DNA of 64,000 bases, taken from the NCBI RefSeq assembly GCF_009914755.1, contig NC_060931.1; one strand, 5' to 3'. Origin of the DNA: the human T2T-CHM13v2.0 reference genome, Homo sapiens. The notes beneath the pieces were generated by a model, which saw only the letters and a program-made list of their open reading frames with translations, ran no database searches and was not told the DNA's origin. Each line of letters starts with the position of its first letter. Position 1 is the first letter of the stretch. Positions 37,569 to 51,195 of the stretch are shown here, piece after piece. The position numbers and the translations under genes were made by a program.

Positions 37569-40500
37569 GTGATGTGTGCCTTCAACTCACAGAGTTTAAC
37601 CTTTCTTTTCTTAGAGCAGTTTAGAAACACTCTGCTTGTTATGTCTGCAAGTGGATATTTGGACCTCTTTGAGGCCTTCGTTGCAAACGGGGTTTCTTCC
37701 TTTCATGCTAGACTAAGAAGAGTTCTCAGTAACTTTTTTGTGTTGTGTGTATTCAACTCACAGAGTTGAACCTTGCTTTAGAGAGAGCAGATTTGAAACA
37801 CTCTTGCTGTGGCATTTTCAGGTGGAGATTTCAAGCGATTTGAGGACAATTGCAGAAAAGGAAATATCTTCGTATAATAACCAGACAGAATCATTCTCAG
37901 AAAGTGCTTTGTGATGTGTGCGTTCAACTCACAGAGTTTAACCTTTCTTTTCATAGAGGAGTTTGGAAACACACTGTTTGTAAAGTCTGCAATTGGATAT
38001 ATGGACCTGTTTGAGGCCTTCGTTGGAAACGGGATTTCTTCATTGAATGCTAGACGGAAGAATTCTCAGTAAATTCTTTGTGTTGTGTGCATTCAACTCA
38101 CAGAGTGGAACGTCCCTTTAGACAGAGCAGATTTGAAACACTCTTTTTGCGGAATTTGCAAGTGGAGATTTCTAGCCATTTGATGCCAACAGTAGAAAGG
38201 GAAATATCTTCAAATAAAAACCAGACAGAATCATTCTCAGAAAATTCTTTGTGATGTGTGCGTTCAACTCACATAGTTTAACCTTTCTTTTCATAGAGCA
38301 GTTTGGAAACACTCTGTTTGTAAAGTCTGCAAGTGGATATATGGACCGCATTGAGGCCTTCGTTGGAAACGGGATTTCTTCATTTCATGCTAGACAGAAG
38401 AATTCTCAGTAACTTCTTTGTGCTGTGTGTATTCAACTCTCAGAGTGGAACGTCCCTTTGCACAGAGCAGATTTGAAACACTCTTTTTGTGGAGTTTGCA
38501 AGTGGAGATTTCAAGCGATTTGATGCCAACAGTAGAAAAGGAAATATCTTCAAATAAAAACTAGACAGAATCATTCTCAGAAACTACTTTGTGATGTGTG
38601 CCTTCAACTCACAGAGTTTAACCTTTCTTTTCTTAGAGCAGTTTAGAAACACTCTGCTTGTTATGTCTGCAAGTGGATATTTGGACCTCTTTGAGGCCTT
38701 CGTTGCAAACGGGGTTTCTTCCTTTCATGCTAGACTAAGAAGAGTTCTCAGTAACTTTTTTGTGTTGTGTGTATTCAACTCACAGAGTTGAACCTTGCTT
38801 TAGAGAGAGCAGATTTGAAACACTCTCGCTGTGGAATTTTCAGGTGGAGATTTCAAGCGATTTGAGGACAATTGCAGAAAAGGAAATATCTTCGTATAAT
38901 AACCAGACAGAATCATTCTCAGAAAGTGCTTTGTGATGTGTGCGTTCAACTCACAGAGTTTAACCTTTCTTTTCATAGAGGAGTTTGGAAACACACTGTT
39001 TGTAAAGTCTGCAATTGGATATATGGACCTGTTTGAGGCCTTCGTTGGAAACGGGATTTCTTCATTGAATGCTAGACGGAAGGATTCTCAGTAAATTCTT
39101 TGTGTTGTGTGCATTCAACTCACAGAGTGGAACGTCCCTTTAGACAGAGCAGATTTGAAACACTCTTTTTGCGGAATTTGCAAGTGGAGATTTCTAGCCA
39201 TTTGATGCCAACAGTAGAAAGGGAAATATCTTCAAATAAAAACCAGACAGAATCATTCTCAGAAAATTCTTTGTGATGTGTGCGTTCAACTCACATAGTT
39301 TAACCTTTCTTTTCATAGAGCAGTTTGGAAACACTCTGTTTGTAAAGTCTGCAAGTGGATATATGGACCGCATTGAGGCCTTCGTTGGAAACGGGATTTC
39401 TTCATTTCATACTAGACAGAAGAATTCTCAGTAACTTCTTTGTGCTGTGTGTATTCAACTCACAGAGTGGAACGTCCCTTTGCACAGAGCAGATTTGAAA
39501 CACTCTTTTTGTGGAGTTTGCTAGTGGAGATTTCAAGCGATTTGATGCCAACAGTAGAAAAGGAAATATCTTCAAATAAAAACTAGACAGAATCATTCTC
39601 AGAAACTACTTTGTGATGTGTGCCTTCAACTCACAGAGTTTAACCTTTCTTTTCTTAGAGCAGTTTAGAAACACTCTGCTTGTTATGTCTGCAAGTGGAT
39701 ATTTGGACCTCTTTGAGGCCTTCGTTGCAAACGGGGTTTCTTCCTTTCATGCTAGACTAAGAAGAGTTCTCAGTAACTTTTTTGTGTTGTGTGTATTCAA
39801 CTCACAGAGTTGAACCTTGCTTTAGAGAGAGCAGATTTGAAACACTCTTGCTGTGGCATTTTCAGGTGGAGATTTCAAGCGATTTGAGGACAATTGCAGA
39901 AAAGGAAATATCTTCGTATAATAACCAGACAGAATCATTCTCAGAAAGTGCTTTGTGATGTGTGCGTTCAACTCACAGAGTTTAACCTTTCTTTTCATAG
40001 AGGAGTTTGGAAACACACTGTTTGTAAAGTCTGCAATTGGATATATGGACCTGTTTGAGGCCTCCGTTGGAAACGGGATTTCTTCATTGAATGCTAGACG
40101 GAAGAATTCTCAGTAAATTCTTTGTGTTGTGTGCATTCAACTCACAGAGTGGAACGTCCCTTTAGACAGAGCAGATTTGAAACACTCTTTTTGCGGAATT
40201 TGCAAGTGGAGATTTCTAGGCATTTGATGCCAACAGTAGAAAGGGAAATATCTTCAAATAAAAACCAGACAGAATCATTCTCAGAAAATTCTTTGTGATG
40301 TGTGCGTTCAACTCACATAGTTTAACCTTTCTTTTCATAGAGCAGTTTGGAAACACTCTGTTTGTAAAGTCTGCAAGTGGATATATGGACCGCATTGAGG
40401 CCTTCGTTGGAAACGGGATTTCTTCATTTCATGCTAGACAGAAGAATTCTCAGTAACTTCTTTGTGCTGTGTGTATTCAACTCACAGAGTGGAACGTCCC

Positions 40501-40634
40501 TTTGCACAGAGCAGATTTGAAACACTCTTTTTGTGGAGTTTGCAAGTGGAGATTTCAAGCGATTTGATGCCAACAGTAGAAAAGGAAATATCTTCAAATA
40601 AAAACTAGACAGAATCATTCTCAGAAACTACTTT

Positions 40635-41316
40635 GTGATGTGTGCCTTCAACTCACAGAGTTTAACCTTTCTTTTCTTAGAGCAGTTTAGAAACACTCTG
40701 CTTGTTATGTCTGCAAGTGGATATTTGGACCTCTTTGAGGCCTTCGTTGCAAACGGGGTTTCTTCCTTTCATGCTAGACTAAGAAGAGTTCTCAGTAACT
40801 TTTTTGTGTTGTGTGTATTCAACTCACAGAGTTGAACCTTGCTTTAGAGAGAGCAGATTTGAAACACTCTTGCTGTGGCATTTTCAGGTGGAGATTTCAA
40901 GCGATTTGAGGACAATTGCAGAAAAGGAAATATCTTCGTATAATAACCAGACAGAATCATTCTCAGAAAGTGCTTTGTGATGTGTGCGTTCAACTCACAG
41001 AGTTTAAACTTTCTTTTCATAGAGGAGTTTGGAAACACACTGTTTGTAAAGTCTGCAAGTGGATATATGGACCTGTTTGAGGCCTTCGTTGGAAACGGGA
41101 TTTCTTCATTGAATTCTAGACGGAAGAATTCTCAGTAAATTCTTTGTGTTGTGTGCATTCAACTCACAGAGTGGAACGTCCCTTTAGACAGAGCAGATTT
41201 GAAACACTCTTTTTGTGGAGTTTGCAAGTGGAGATTTCAAGCGATTTGATGCCAACAGTAGAAAAGGAAATATCTTCAAATAAAAACTAGACAGAATCAT
41301 TCTCAGAAACTACTTT
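40635..41316 (+). repeat. 4-mer (682 bp) HOR deletion variant, subtype B
   Basis: 682-bp period, gagtttaaact marker, private gaattctaga at 41111-41120. Confidence 0.95.
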
Positions 41317-44300
41317 GTGATGTGTGCCTTCAACTCACAGAGTTTAACCTTTCTTTTCTTAGAGCAGTTTAGAAACACTCTGCTTGTTATGTCTGCAAGT
41401 GGATATTTGGACCTCTTTGAGGCCTTCGTTGCAAACGGGGTTTCTTCCTTTCATGCTAGACTAAGAAGAGTTCTCAGTAACTTTTTTGTGTTGTGTGTAT
41501 TCAACTCACAGAGTTGAACCTTGCTTTAGAGAGAGCAGATTTGAAACACTCTTGCTGTGGCATTTTCAGGTGGAGATTTCAAGCGATTTGAGGACAATTG
41601 CAGAAAAGGAAATATCTTCGTATAATAACCAGACAGAATCATTCTCAGAAAGTGCTTTGTGATGTGTGCGTTCAACTCACAGAGTTTAACCTTTCTTTTC
41701 ATAGAGGAGTTTGGAAACACACTGTTTGTAAAGTCTGCAAGTGGATACATGGACCTGTTTGAGGCCTTCGTTGGAAACGGGATTTCTTCATTGAATGCTA
41801 GACGGAAGAATTCTCAGTAAATTCTTTGTGTTGTGTGCATTCAACTCACAGAGTGGAACGTCCCTTTAGACAGAGCAGATTTGAAACACTCTTTTTGCGG
41901 AATTTGCAAGTGGAGATTTCTAGCCATTTGATGCCAACAGTAGAAAGGGAAATATCTTCAAATAAAAACCAGACAGAATCATTCTCAGAAAATTCTTTGT
42001 GATGTGTGCGTTCAACTCACATAGTTTAACCTTTCTTTTCATAGAGCAGTTTGGAAACACTCTGTTTGTAAAGTCTGCAAGTGGATATATGGACCGCATT
42101 GAGGCCTTCGTTGGAAACGGGATTTCTTCATTTCATGCTAGACAGAAGAATTCTCAGTAACTTCTTTGTGCTGTGTGTATTCAACTCACAGAGTGGAACG
42201 TCCCTTTGCACAGAGCAGATTTGAAACACTCTTTTGGTGGAGTTTGCAAGTGGAGATTTCAAGCGATTTGATGCCAACAGTAGAAAAGGAAATATCTTCA
42301 AATAAAAACTAGACAGAATCATTCTCAGAAACTACTTTGTGATGTGTGCCTTCAACTCACAGAGTTTAACCTTTCTTTTCTTAGAGCAGTTTAGAAACAC
42401 TCTGCTTGTTACGTCTGCAAGTGGATATTTGGACCTCTTTGAGGCCTTCGTTGCAAACGGGGTTTCTTCCTTTCATGCTAGACTAAGAAGAGTTCTCAGT
42501 AACTTTTTTGTGTTGTGTGTATTCAACTCACAGAGTTGAACCTTGCTTTAGAGAGAGCAGATTTGAAACACTCTTGCTGTGGCATTTTCAGGTGGAGATT
42601 TCAAGCGATTTGAGGACAATTGCAGAAAAGGAAATATCTTCGTATAATAACCAGACAGAATCATTCTCAGAAAGTGCTTTGTGATGTGTGCGTTCAACTC
42701 ACAGAGTTTAACCTTTCTTTTCATAGAGGAGTTTGGAAACACACTGTTTGTAAAGTCTGCAAGTGGATACATGGACCTGTTTGAGGCCTTCGTTGGAAAC
42801 GGGATTTCTTCATTGAATGCTAGACGGAAGAATTCTCAGTAAATTCTTTGTGTTGTGTGCATTCAACTCACAGAGTGGAACGTCCCTTTAGACAGAGCAG
42901 ATTTGAAACACTCTTTTTGCGGAATTTGCAAGTGGAGATTTCTAGCCATTTGATGCCAACAGTAGAAAGGGAAATATCTTCAAATAAAAACCAGACAGAA
43001 TCATTCTCAGAAAATTCTTTGTGATGTGTGCGTTCAACTCACATAGTTTAACCTTTCTTTTCATAGAGCAGTTTGGAAACACTCTGTTTGTAAAGTCTGC
43101 AAGTGGATATATGGACCGCATTGAGGCCTTCGTTGGAAACGGGATTTCTTCATTTCATGCTAGACAGAAGAATTCTCAGTAACTTCTTTGTGCTGTGTGT
43201 ATTCAACTCACAGAGTGGAACGTCCCTTTGCACAGAGCAGATTTGAAACACTCTTTTTGTGGAGTTTGCAAGTGGAGATTTCAAGCGATTTGATGCCAAC
43301 AGTAGAAAAGGAAATATCTTCAAATAAAAACTAGACAGAATCATTCTCAGAAACTACTTTGTGATGTGTGCCTTCAACTCACAGAGTTTAACCTTTCTTT
43401 TCTTAGAGCAGTTTAGAAACACTCTGCTTGTTATGTCTGCAAGTGGATATTTGGACCTCTTTGAGGCCTTCGTTGCAATCGGGGTTTCTTCCTTTCATGG
43501 TAGACTAAGAAGAGTTCTCAGTAACTTTTTTGTGTTGTGTGTATTCAACTCACAGAGTTGAACCTTGCTTTAGAGAGAGCAGATTTGAAACACTCTTGCT
43601 GTGGCATTTTCAGGTGGAGATTTCAAGCGATTTGAGGACAATTGCAGAAAAGGAAATATCTTCGTATAATAACCAGACAGAATCATTCTCAGAAAGTGCT
43701 TTGTGATGTGTGCGTTCAACTCACAGAGTTTAACCTTTCTTTTCATAGAGGAGTTTGGAAACACACTGTTTGTAAAGTCTGCAAGTGGATATATGGACCT
43801 GTTTGAGGCCTTCGTTGGAAACGGGATTTCTTCATTGAATGCTAGACGGAAGAATTCTCAGTAAATTCTTTGTGTTGTGTGCATTCAACTCACAGAGTGG
43901 AACGTCCCTTTAGACAGAGCAGATTTGAAACACTCTTTTTGCGGAATTTGCAAGTGGAGATTTCTAGCCATTTGATGCCAACAGTAGAAAGGGAAATATC
44001 TTCAAATAAAAACCAGACAGAATCATTCTCAGAAAATTCTTTGTGATGTGTGCGTTCAACTCACATAGTTTAACCTTTCTTTTCATAGAGCAGTTTGGAA
44101 ACACTCTGTTTGTAAAGTCTGCAAGTGGATATATGGACCGCATTGAGGCCTTCGTTGGAAACGGGATTTCTTCATTTCATGCTAGACAGAAGAATTCTCA
44201 GTAACTTCTTTGTGCTGTGTGTATTCAACTCACAGAGTGGAACGTCCCTTTGCACAGAGCAGATTTGAAACACTCTTTTTGTGGAGTTTGCAAGTGGAGA

Positions 44301-47300
44301 TTTCAAGCGATTTGATGCCAACAGTAGAAAAGGAAATATCTTCAAATAAAAACTAGACAGAATCATTCTCAGAAACTACTTTGTGATGTGTGCCTTCAAC
44401 TCACAGAGTTTAACCTTTCTTTTCTTAGAGCAGTTTAGAAACACTCTGCTTGTTATGTCTGCAAGTGGATATTTGGACCTCTTTGAGGCCTTCGTTGCAA
44501 ACGGGGTTTCTTCCTTTCATGCTAGACTAAGAAGAGTTCTCAGTAACTTTTTTGTGTTGTGTGTATTCAACTCACAGAGTTGAACCTTGCTTTAGAGAGA
44601 GCAGATTTGAAACACTCTTGCTGTGGCATTTTCAGGTGGAGATTTCAAGCGATATGAGGACAATTGCAGAAAAGGAAATATCTTCGTATAATAACCAGAC
44701 AGAATCATTCTCAGAAAGTGCTTTGTGATGTGTGCGTTCAACTCACAGAGTTTAACCTTTCTTTTCATAGAGGAGTTTGGAAACACACTGTTTGTAAAGT
44801 CTGCAAGTGGATATATGGACCTGTTTGAGGCCTTCGTTGGAAACGGGATTTCTTCATTGAATGCTAGACGGAAGAATTCTCAGTAAATTCTTTGTGTTGT
44901 GTGCATTCAACTCACAGAGTGGAACGTCCCTTTAGACAGAGCAGATTTGAAACACTCTTTTTGCGGAATTTGCAAGTGGAGATTTCTAGCCATTTGATGC
45001 CAACAGTAGAAAGGGAAATATCTTCAAATAAAAACCAGACAGAATCATTCTCAGAAAATTCTTTGTGATGTGTGCGTTCAACTCACATAGTTTAACCTTT
45101 CTTTTCATAGAGCAGTTTGGAAACACTCTGTTTGTAAAGTCTGCAAGTGGATATATGGACCGCATTGAGGCCTTCGTTGGAAACGGGATTTCTTCATTTC
45201 ATGCTAGACAGAAGAATTCTCAGTAACTTCTTTGTGCTGTGTGTATTCAACTCACAGAGTGGAACGTCCCTTTGCACAGAGCAGATTTGAAACACTCTTT
45301 TTGTGGAGTTTGCAAGTGGAGATTTCAAGCGATTTGATGCCAACAGTAGAAAAGGAAATATCTTCAAATAAAAACTAGACAGAATCATTCTCAGAAACTA
45401 CTTTGTGATGTGTGCCTTCAACTCACAGAGTTTAACCTTTCTTTTCTTAGAGCAGTTTAGAAACACTCAGCTTGTTATGTCTGCAAGTGGATATTTGGAC
45501 CTCTTTGAGGCCTTCGTTGCAAACGGGGTTTCTTCCTTTCATGCTAGACTAAGAAGAGTTCTCAGTAACTTTTTTGTGTTGTGTGTATTCAACTCACAGA
45601 GTTGAACCTTGCTTTAGAGAGAGCAGATTTGAAACACTCTTGCTGTGGCATTTTCAGGTGGAGATTTCAAGCGATTTGAGGACAATTGCAGAAAAGGAAA
45701 TATCTTCGTATAATAACCAGACAGAATCATTCTCAGAAAGTGCTTTGTGATGTGTGCGTTCAACTCACAGAGTTTAACCTTTCTTTTCATAGAGGAGTTT
45801 GGAAACACACTGTTTGTAAAGTCTGCAAGTGGATACATGGACCTGTTTGAGGCCTTCGTTGGAAACGGGATTTCTTCATTGAATGCTAGACGGAAGAATT
45901 CTCAGTAAATTCTTTGTGTTGTGTGCATTCAACTCACAGAGTGGAACGTCCCTTTAGACAGAGCAGATTTGAAACACTCTTTTTGCGGAATTTGCAAGTG
46001 GAGATTTCTAGCCATTTGATGCCAACAGTAGAAAGGGAAATATCTTCAAATAAAAACCAGACAGAATCATTCTCAGAAAATTCTTTGTGATGTGTGCGTT
46101 CAACTCACATAGTTTAACCTTTCTTTTCATAGAGCAGTTTGGAAACACTCTGTTTGTAAAGTCTGCAAGTGGATATATGGACCGCATTGAGGCCTTCGTT
46201 GGAAACGGGATTTCTTCATTTCATGCTAGACAGAAGAATTCTCAGTAACTTCTTTGTGCTGTGTGTATTCAACTCACAGAGTGGAACGTCCCTTTGCACA
46301 GAGCAGATTTGAAACACTCTTTTTGTGGAGTTTGCAAGTGGAGATTTCAAGCGATTTGATGCCAACAGTAGAAAAGGAAATATCTTCAAATAAAAACTAG
46401 ACAGAATCATTCTCAGAAACTACTTTGTGATGTGTGCCTTCAACTCACAGAGTTTAACCTTTCTTTTCTTAGAGCAGTTTAGAAACACTCTGCTTGTTAT
46501 GTCTGCAAGTGGATATTTGGACCTCTTTGAGGCCTTCGTTGCAAACGGGGTTTCTTCCTTTCATGCTAGACTAAGAAGTGTTCTCAGTAACTTTTTTGTG
46601 TTGTGTGTATTCAACTCACAGAGTTGAACCTTGCTTTAGAGAGAGCAGATTTGAAACACTCTTGCTGTGGCATTTTCAGGTGGAGATTTCAAGCGATTTG
46701 AGGACAATTGCAGAAAAGGAAATATCTTCGTATAATAACCAGACAGAATCATTCTCAGAAAGTGCTTTGTGATGTGTGCGTTCAACTCACAGAGTTTTAC
46801 CTTTCTTTTCATAGAGGAGTTTGGAAACACACTGTTTGTAAAGTCTGCAAGTGGATATATGGACCTGTTTGAGGCCTTCGTTGGAAACGGGATTTCTTCA
46901 TTGAATGCTAGACGGAAGAATTCTCAGTAAATTCTTTGTGTTGTGTGCATTCAACTCACAGAGTGGAACGTCCCTTTAGACAGAGCAGATTTGAAACACT
47001 CTTTTTGCGGAATTTGCAAGTGGAGATTTCTAGCCATTTGATGCCAACAGTAGAAAGGGAAATATCTTCAAATAAAAACCAGACAGAATCATTCTCAGAA
47101 AATTCTTTGTGATGTGTGCGTTCAACTCACATAGTTTAACCTTTCTTTTCATAGAGCAGTTTGGAAACACTCTGTTTGTAAAGTCTGCAAGTGGATATAT
47201 GGACCGCATTGAGGCCTTCGTTGGAAACGGGATTTCTTCATTTCATGCTAGACAGAAGAATTCTCAGTAACTTCTTTGTGCTGTGTGTATTCAACTCACA

Positions 47301-50300
47301 GAGTGGAACGTCCTTTGCACAGAGCAGATTTGAAACACTCTTTTTGTGGAGTTTGCAAGTGGAGATTTCAAGCGATTTGATGCCAACAGTAGAAAAGGAA
47401 ATATCTTCAAATAAAAACTAGACAGAATCATTCTCAGAAACTACTTTGTGATGTGTGCCTTCAACTCACAGAGTTTAACCTTTCTTTTCTTAGAGCAGTT
47501 TAGAAACACTCTGCTTGTTATGTCTGCAAGTGGATATTTGGACCTCTTTGAGGCCTTCGTTGCAAACGGGGTTTCTTCCTTTCATGCTAGACTAAGAAGA
47601 GTTCTCAGTAACTTTTTTGTGTTGTGTGTATTCAACTCACAGAGTTGAACCTTGCTTTAGAGAGAGCAGATTTGAAACACTCTTGCTGTGGCATTTTCAG
47701 GTGGAGATTTCAAGCGATTTGAGGACAATTGCAGAAAAGGAAATATCTTCGTATAATAACCAGACAGAATCATTCTCAGAAAGTGCTTTGTGATGTGTGC
47801 GTTCAACTCACAGAGTTTAACCTTTCTTTTCATAGAGGAGTTTGGAAACACACTGTTTGTAAAGTCTGCAAGTGGATATATGGACCTGTTTGAGGCCTTC
47901 GTTGGAAACGGGATTTCTTCATTGAATGCTAGACGGAAGAATTCTCAGTAAATTCTTTGTGTTGTGTGCATTCAACTCACAGAGTGGAACGTCCCTTTAG
48001 ACAGAGCAGATTTGAAACACTCTTTTTGCGGAATTTGCAAGTGGAGATTTCTAGCCATTTGATGCCAACAGTAGAAAGGGAAATATCTTCAAATAAAAAC
48101 CAGACAGAATCATTCTCAGAAAATTCTTTGTGATGTGTGCGTTCAACTCACATAGTTTAACCTTTCTTTTCATAGAGCAGTTTGGAAACACTCTGTTTGT
48201 AAAGTCTGCAAGTGGATCTATGGACCGCATTGAGGCCTTCGTTGGAAACGGGATTTCTTCATTTCATGCTAGACAGAAGAATTCTCAGTAACTTCTTTGT
48301 GCTGTGTGTATTCAACTCACAGAGTGGAACGTCCCTTTGCACAGAGCAGATTTGAAACACTCTTTTTGTGGAGTTTGCAAGTGGAGATTTCAAGCGATTT
48401 GATGCCAACAGTAGAAAAGGAAATATCTTCAAATAAAAACTAGACAGAATCATTCTCAGAAACTACTTTGTGATGTGTGCCTTCAACTCACAGAGTTTAA
48501 CCTTTCTTTTCTTAGAGCAGTTTAGAAACACTCTGCTTGTTATGTCTGCAAGTGGATATTTGGACCTCTTTGAGGCCTTCGTTGCAAACGGGGTTTCTTC
48601 CTTTCATGCTAGACTAAGAAGAGTTCTCAGTAACTTTTTTGTGTTGTGTGTATTCAACTCACAGAGTTGAACCTTGCTTTAGAGAGAGCAGATTTGAAAC
48701 ACTCTTGCTGTGGCATTTTCAGGTGGAGATTTCAAGCGATTTGAGGACAATTGCAGAAAAGGAAATATCTTCGTATAATAACCAGACAGAATCATTCTCA
48801 GAAAGTGCTTTGTGATGTGTGCGTTCAACTCACAGAGTTTAACCTTTCTTTTCATAGAGGAGTTTGGAAACACACTGTTTGTAAAGTCTGCAAGTGGATA
48901 CATGGACCTGTTTGAGGCCTTCGTTGGAAACGGGATTTCTTCATTGAATGCTAGACGGAAGAATTCTCAGTAAATTCTTTGTGTTGTGTGCATTCAACTC
49001 ACAGAGTGGAACGTCCCTTTAGACAGAGCAGATTTGAAACACTCTTTTTGCGGAATTTGCAAGTGGAGATTTCTAGCCATTTGATGCCAACAGTAGAAAG
49101 GGAAATATCTTCAAATAAAAACCAGACAGAATCATTCTCAGAAAATTCTTTGTGATGTGTGCGTTCAACTCACATAGTTTAACCTTTCTTTTCATAGAGC
49201 AGTTTGGAAACACTCTGTTTGTAAAGTCTGCAAGTGGATATATGGACCGCATTGAGGCCTTCGTTGGAAACGGGATTTCTTCATTTCATGCTAGACAGAA
49301 GAATTCTCAGTAACTTCTTTGTGCTGTGTGTATTCAACTCACAGAGTGGAACGTCCCTTTGCACAGAGCAGATTTGAAACACTCTTTTTGTGGAGTTTGC
49401 TAGTGGAGATTTCAAGCGATTTGATGCCAACAGTAGAAAAGGAAATATCTTCAAATAAAAACTAGACAGAATCATTCTCAGAAACTACTTTGTGATGTGT
49501 GCCTTCAACTCACAGAGTTTAACCTTTCTTTTCTTAGAGCAGTTTAGAAACACTCTGCTTGTTATGTCTGCAAGTGGATATTTGGACCTCTTTGAGGCCT
49601 TCGTTGCAAACGGGGTTTCTTCCTTTCATGCTAGACTAAGAAGAGTTCTCAGTAACTTTTTTGTGTTGTGTGTATTCAACTCACAGAGTTGAACCTTGCT
49701 TTAGAGAGAGCAGATTTGAAACACTCTTGCTGTGGCATTTTCAGGTGGAGATTTCAAGCGATTTGAGGACAATTGCAGAAAAGGAAATATCTTCGTATAA
49801 TAACCAGACAGAATCATTCTCAGAAAGTGCTTTGTGATGTGTGCGTTCAACTCACAGAGTTTAACCTTTCTTTTCATAGAGGAGTTTGGAAACACACTGT
49901 TTGTAAAGTCTGCAATTGGATATATGGACCTGTTTGAGGCCTCCGTTGGAAACGGGATTTCTTCATTGAATGCTAGACGGAAGAATTCTCAGTAAATTCT
50001 TTGTGTTGTGTGCATTCAACTCACAGAGTGGAACGTCCCTTTAGACAGAGCAGATTTGAAACACTCTTTTTGCGGAATTTGCAAGTGGAGATTTCTAGCC
50101 ATTTGATGCCAACAGTAGAAAGGGAAATATCTTCAAATAAAAACCAGACAGAATCATTCTCAGAAAATTCTTTGTGATGTGTGCGTTCAACTCACATAGT
50201 TTAACCTTTCTTTTCATAGAGCAGTTTGGAAACACTCTGTTTGTAAAGTCTGCAAGTGGATATATGGACCGCATTGAGGCCTTTGTTGGAAAAGGGATTT

Positions 50301-50513
50301 CTTCATTTCATGCTAGACAGAAGAATTCTCAGTAACTTCTTTGTGCTGTGTGTATTCAACTCACAGAGTGGAACGTCCCTTTGCACAGAGCAGATTTGAA
50401 ACACTCTTTTTGTGGAGTTTGCAAGTGGAGATTTCAAGCGATTTGATGCCAACAGTAGAAAAGGAAATATCTTCAAATAAAAACTAGACAGAATCATTCT
50501 CAGAAACTACTTT

Positions 50514-51195
50514 GTGATGTGTGCCTTCAACTCACAGAGTTTAACCTTTCTTTTCTTAGAGCAGTTTAGAAACACTCTGCTTGTTATGTCTGCAAGTGGA
50601 TATTTGGACCTCTTTGAGGCCTTCGTTGCAAACGGGGTTTCTTCCTTTCATGCTAGACTAAGAAGAGTTCTCAGTAACTTTTTTGTGTTGTGTGTATTCA
50701 ACTCACAGAGTTCAACCTTGCTTTAGAGAGAGCAGATTTGAAACACTCTTGCTGTGGCATTTTCAGGTGGAGATTTCAAGCGATTTGAGGACAATTGCAG
50801 AAAAGGAAATATCTTCGTATAATAACCAGACAGAATCATTCTCAGAAAGTGCTTTGTGATGTGTGCGTTCAACTCACAGAGTTTAACCTTTCTTTTCATA
50901 GAGGAGTTTGGAAACACACTGTTTGTAAAGTCTGCAAGTGGATATATGGACCTGTTTGAGGCCTTCGTTGGAAACGGGATTTCTTCATTGAATGCTAGAC
51001 GGAAGAATTCTCAGTAAATTCTTTGTGTTGTGTGCATTCAACTCACAGAGTGGAACGTCCCTTTAGACAGAGCAGATTTGAAACACTCTTTTTGTGGAGT
51101 TTGCAAGTGGAGATTTCAAGCGATTTGATGCCAACAGTAGAAAAGGAAATATCTTCAAATAAAAACTAGACAGAATCATTCTCAGAAACTACTTT
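50514..51195 (+). repeat. 4-mer (682 bp) HOR deletion variant
   Basis: 682-bp period and hybrid monomer. Carries gagttcaacc and lacks the gagtttaaact marker, but its flanks match subtype B. Confidence 0.95.

Noticed and set aside
47191-47421. Unique 76-aa ORF (also the unique ORFs at 46578 and 1109)
   Set aside because: They are created by a 1-bp deletion in ccc at 47312, or by single SNVs, in otherwise standard HORs. The deletion could even be a homopolymer error.
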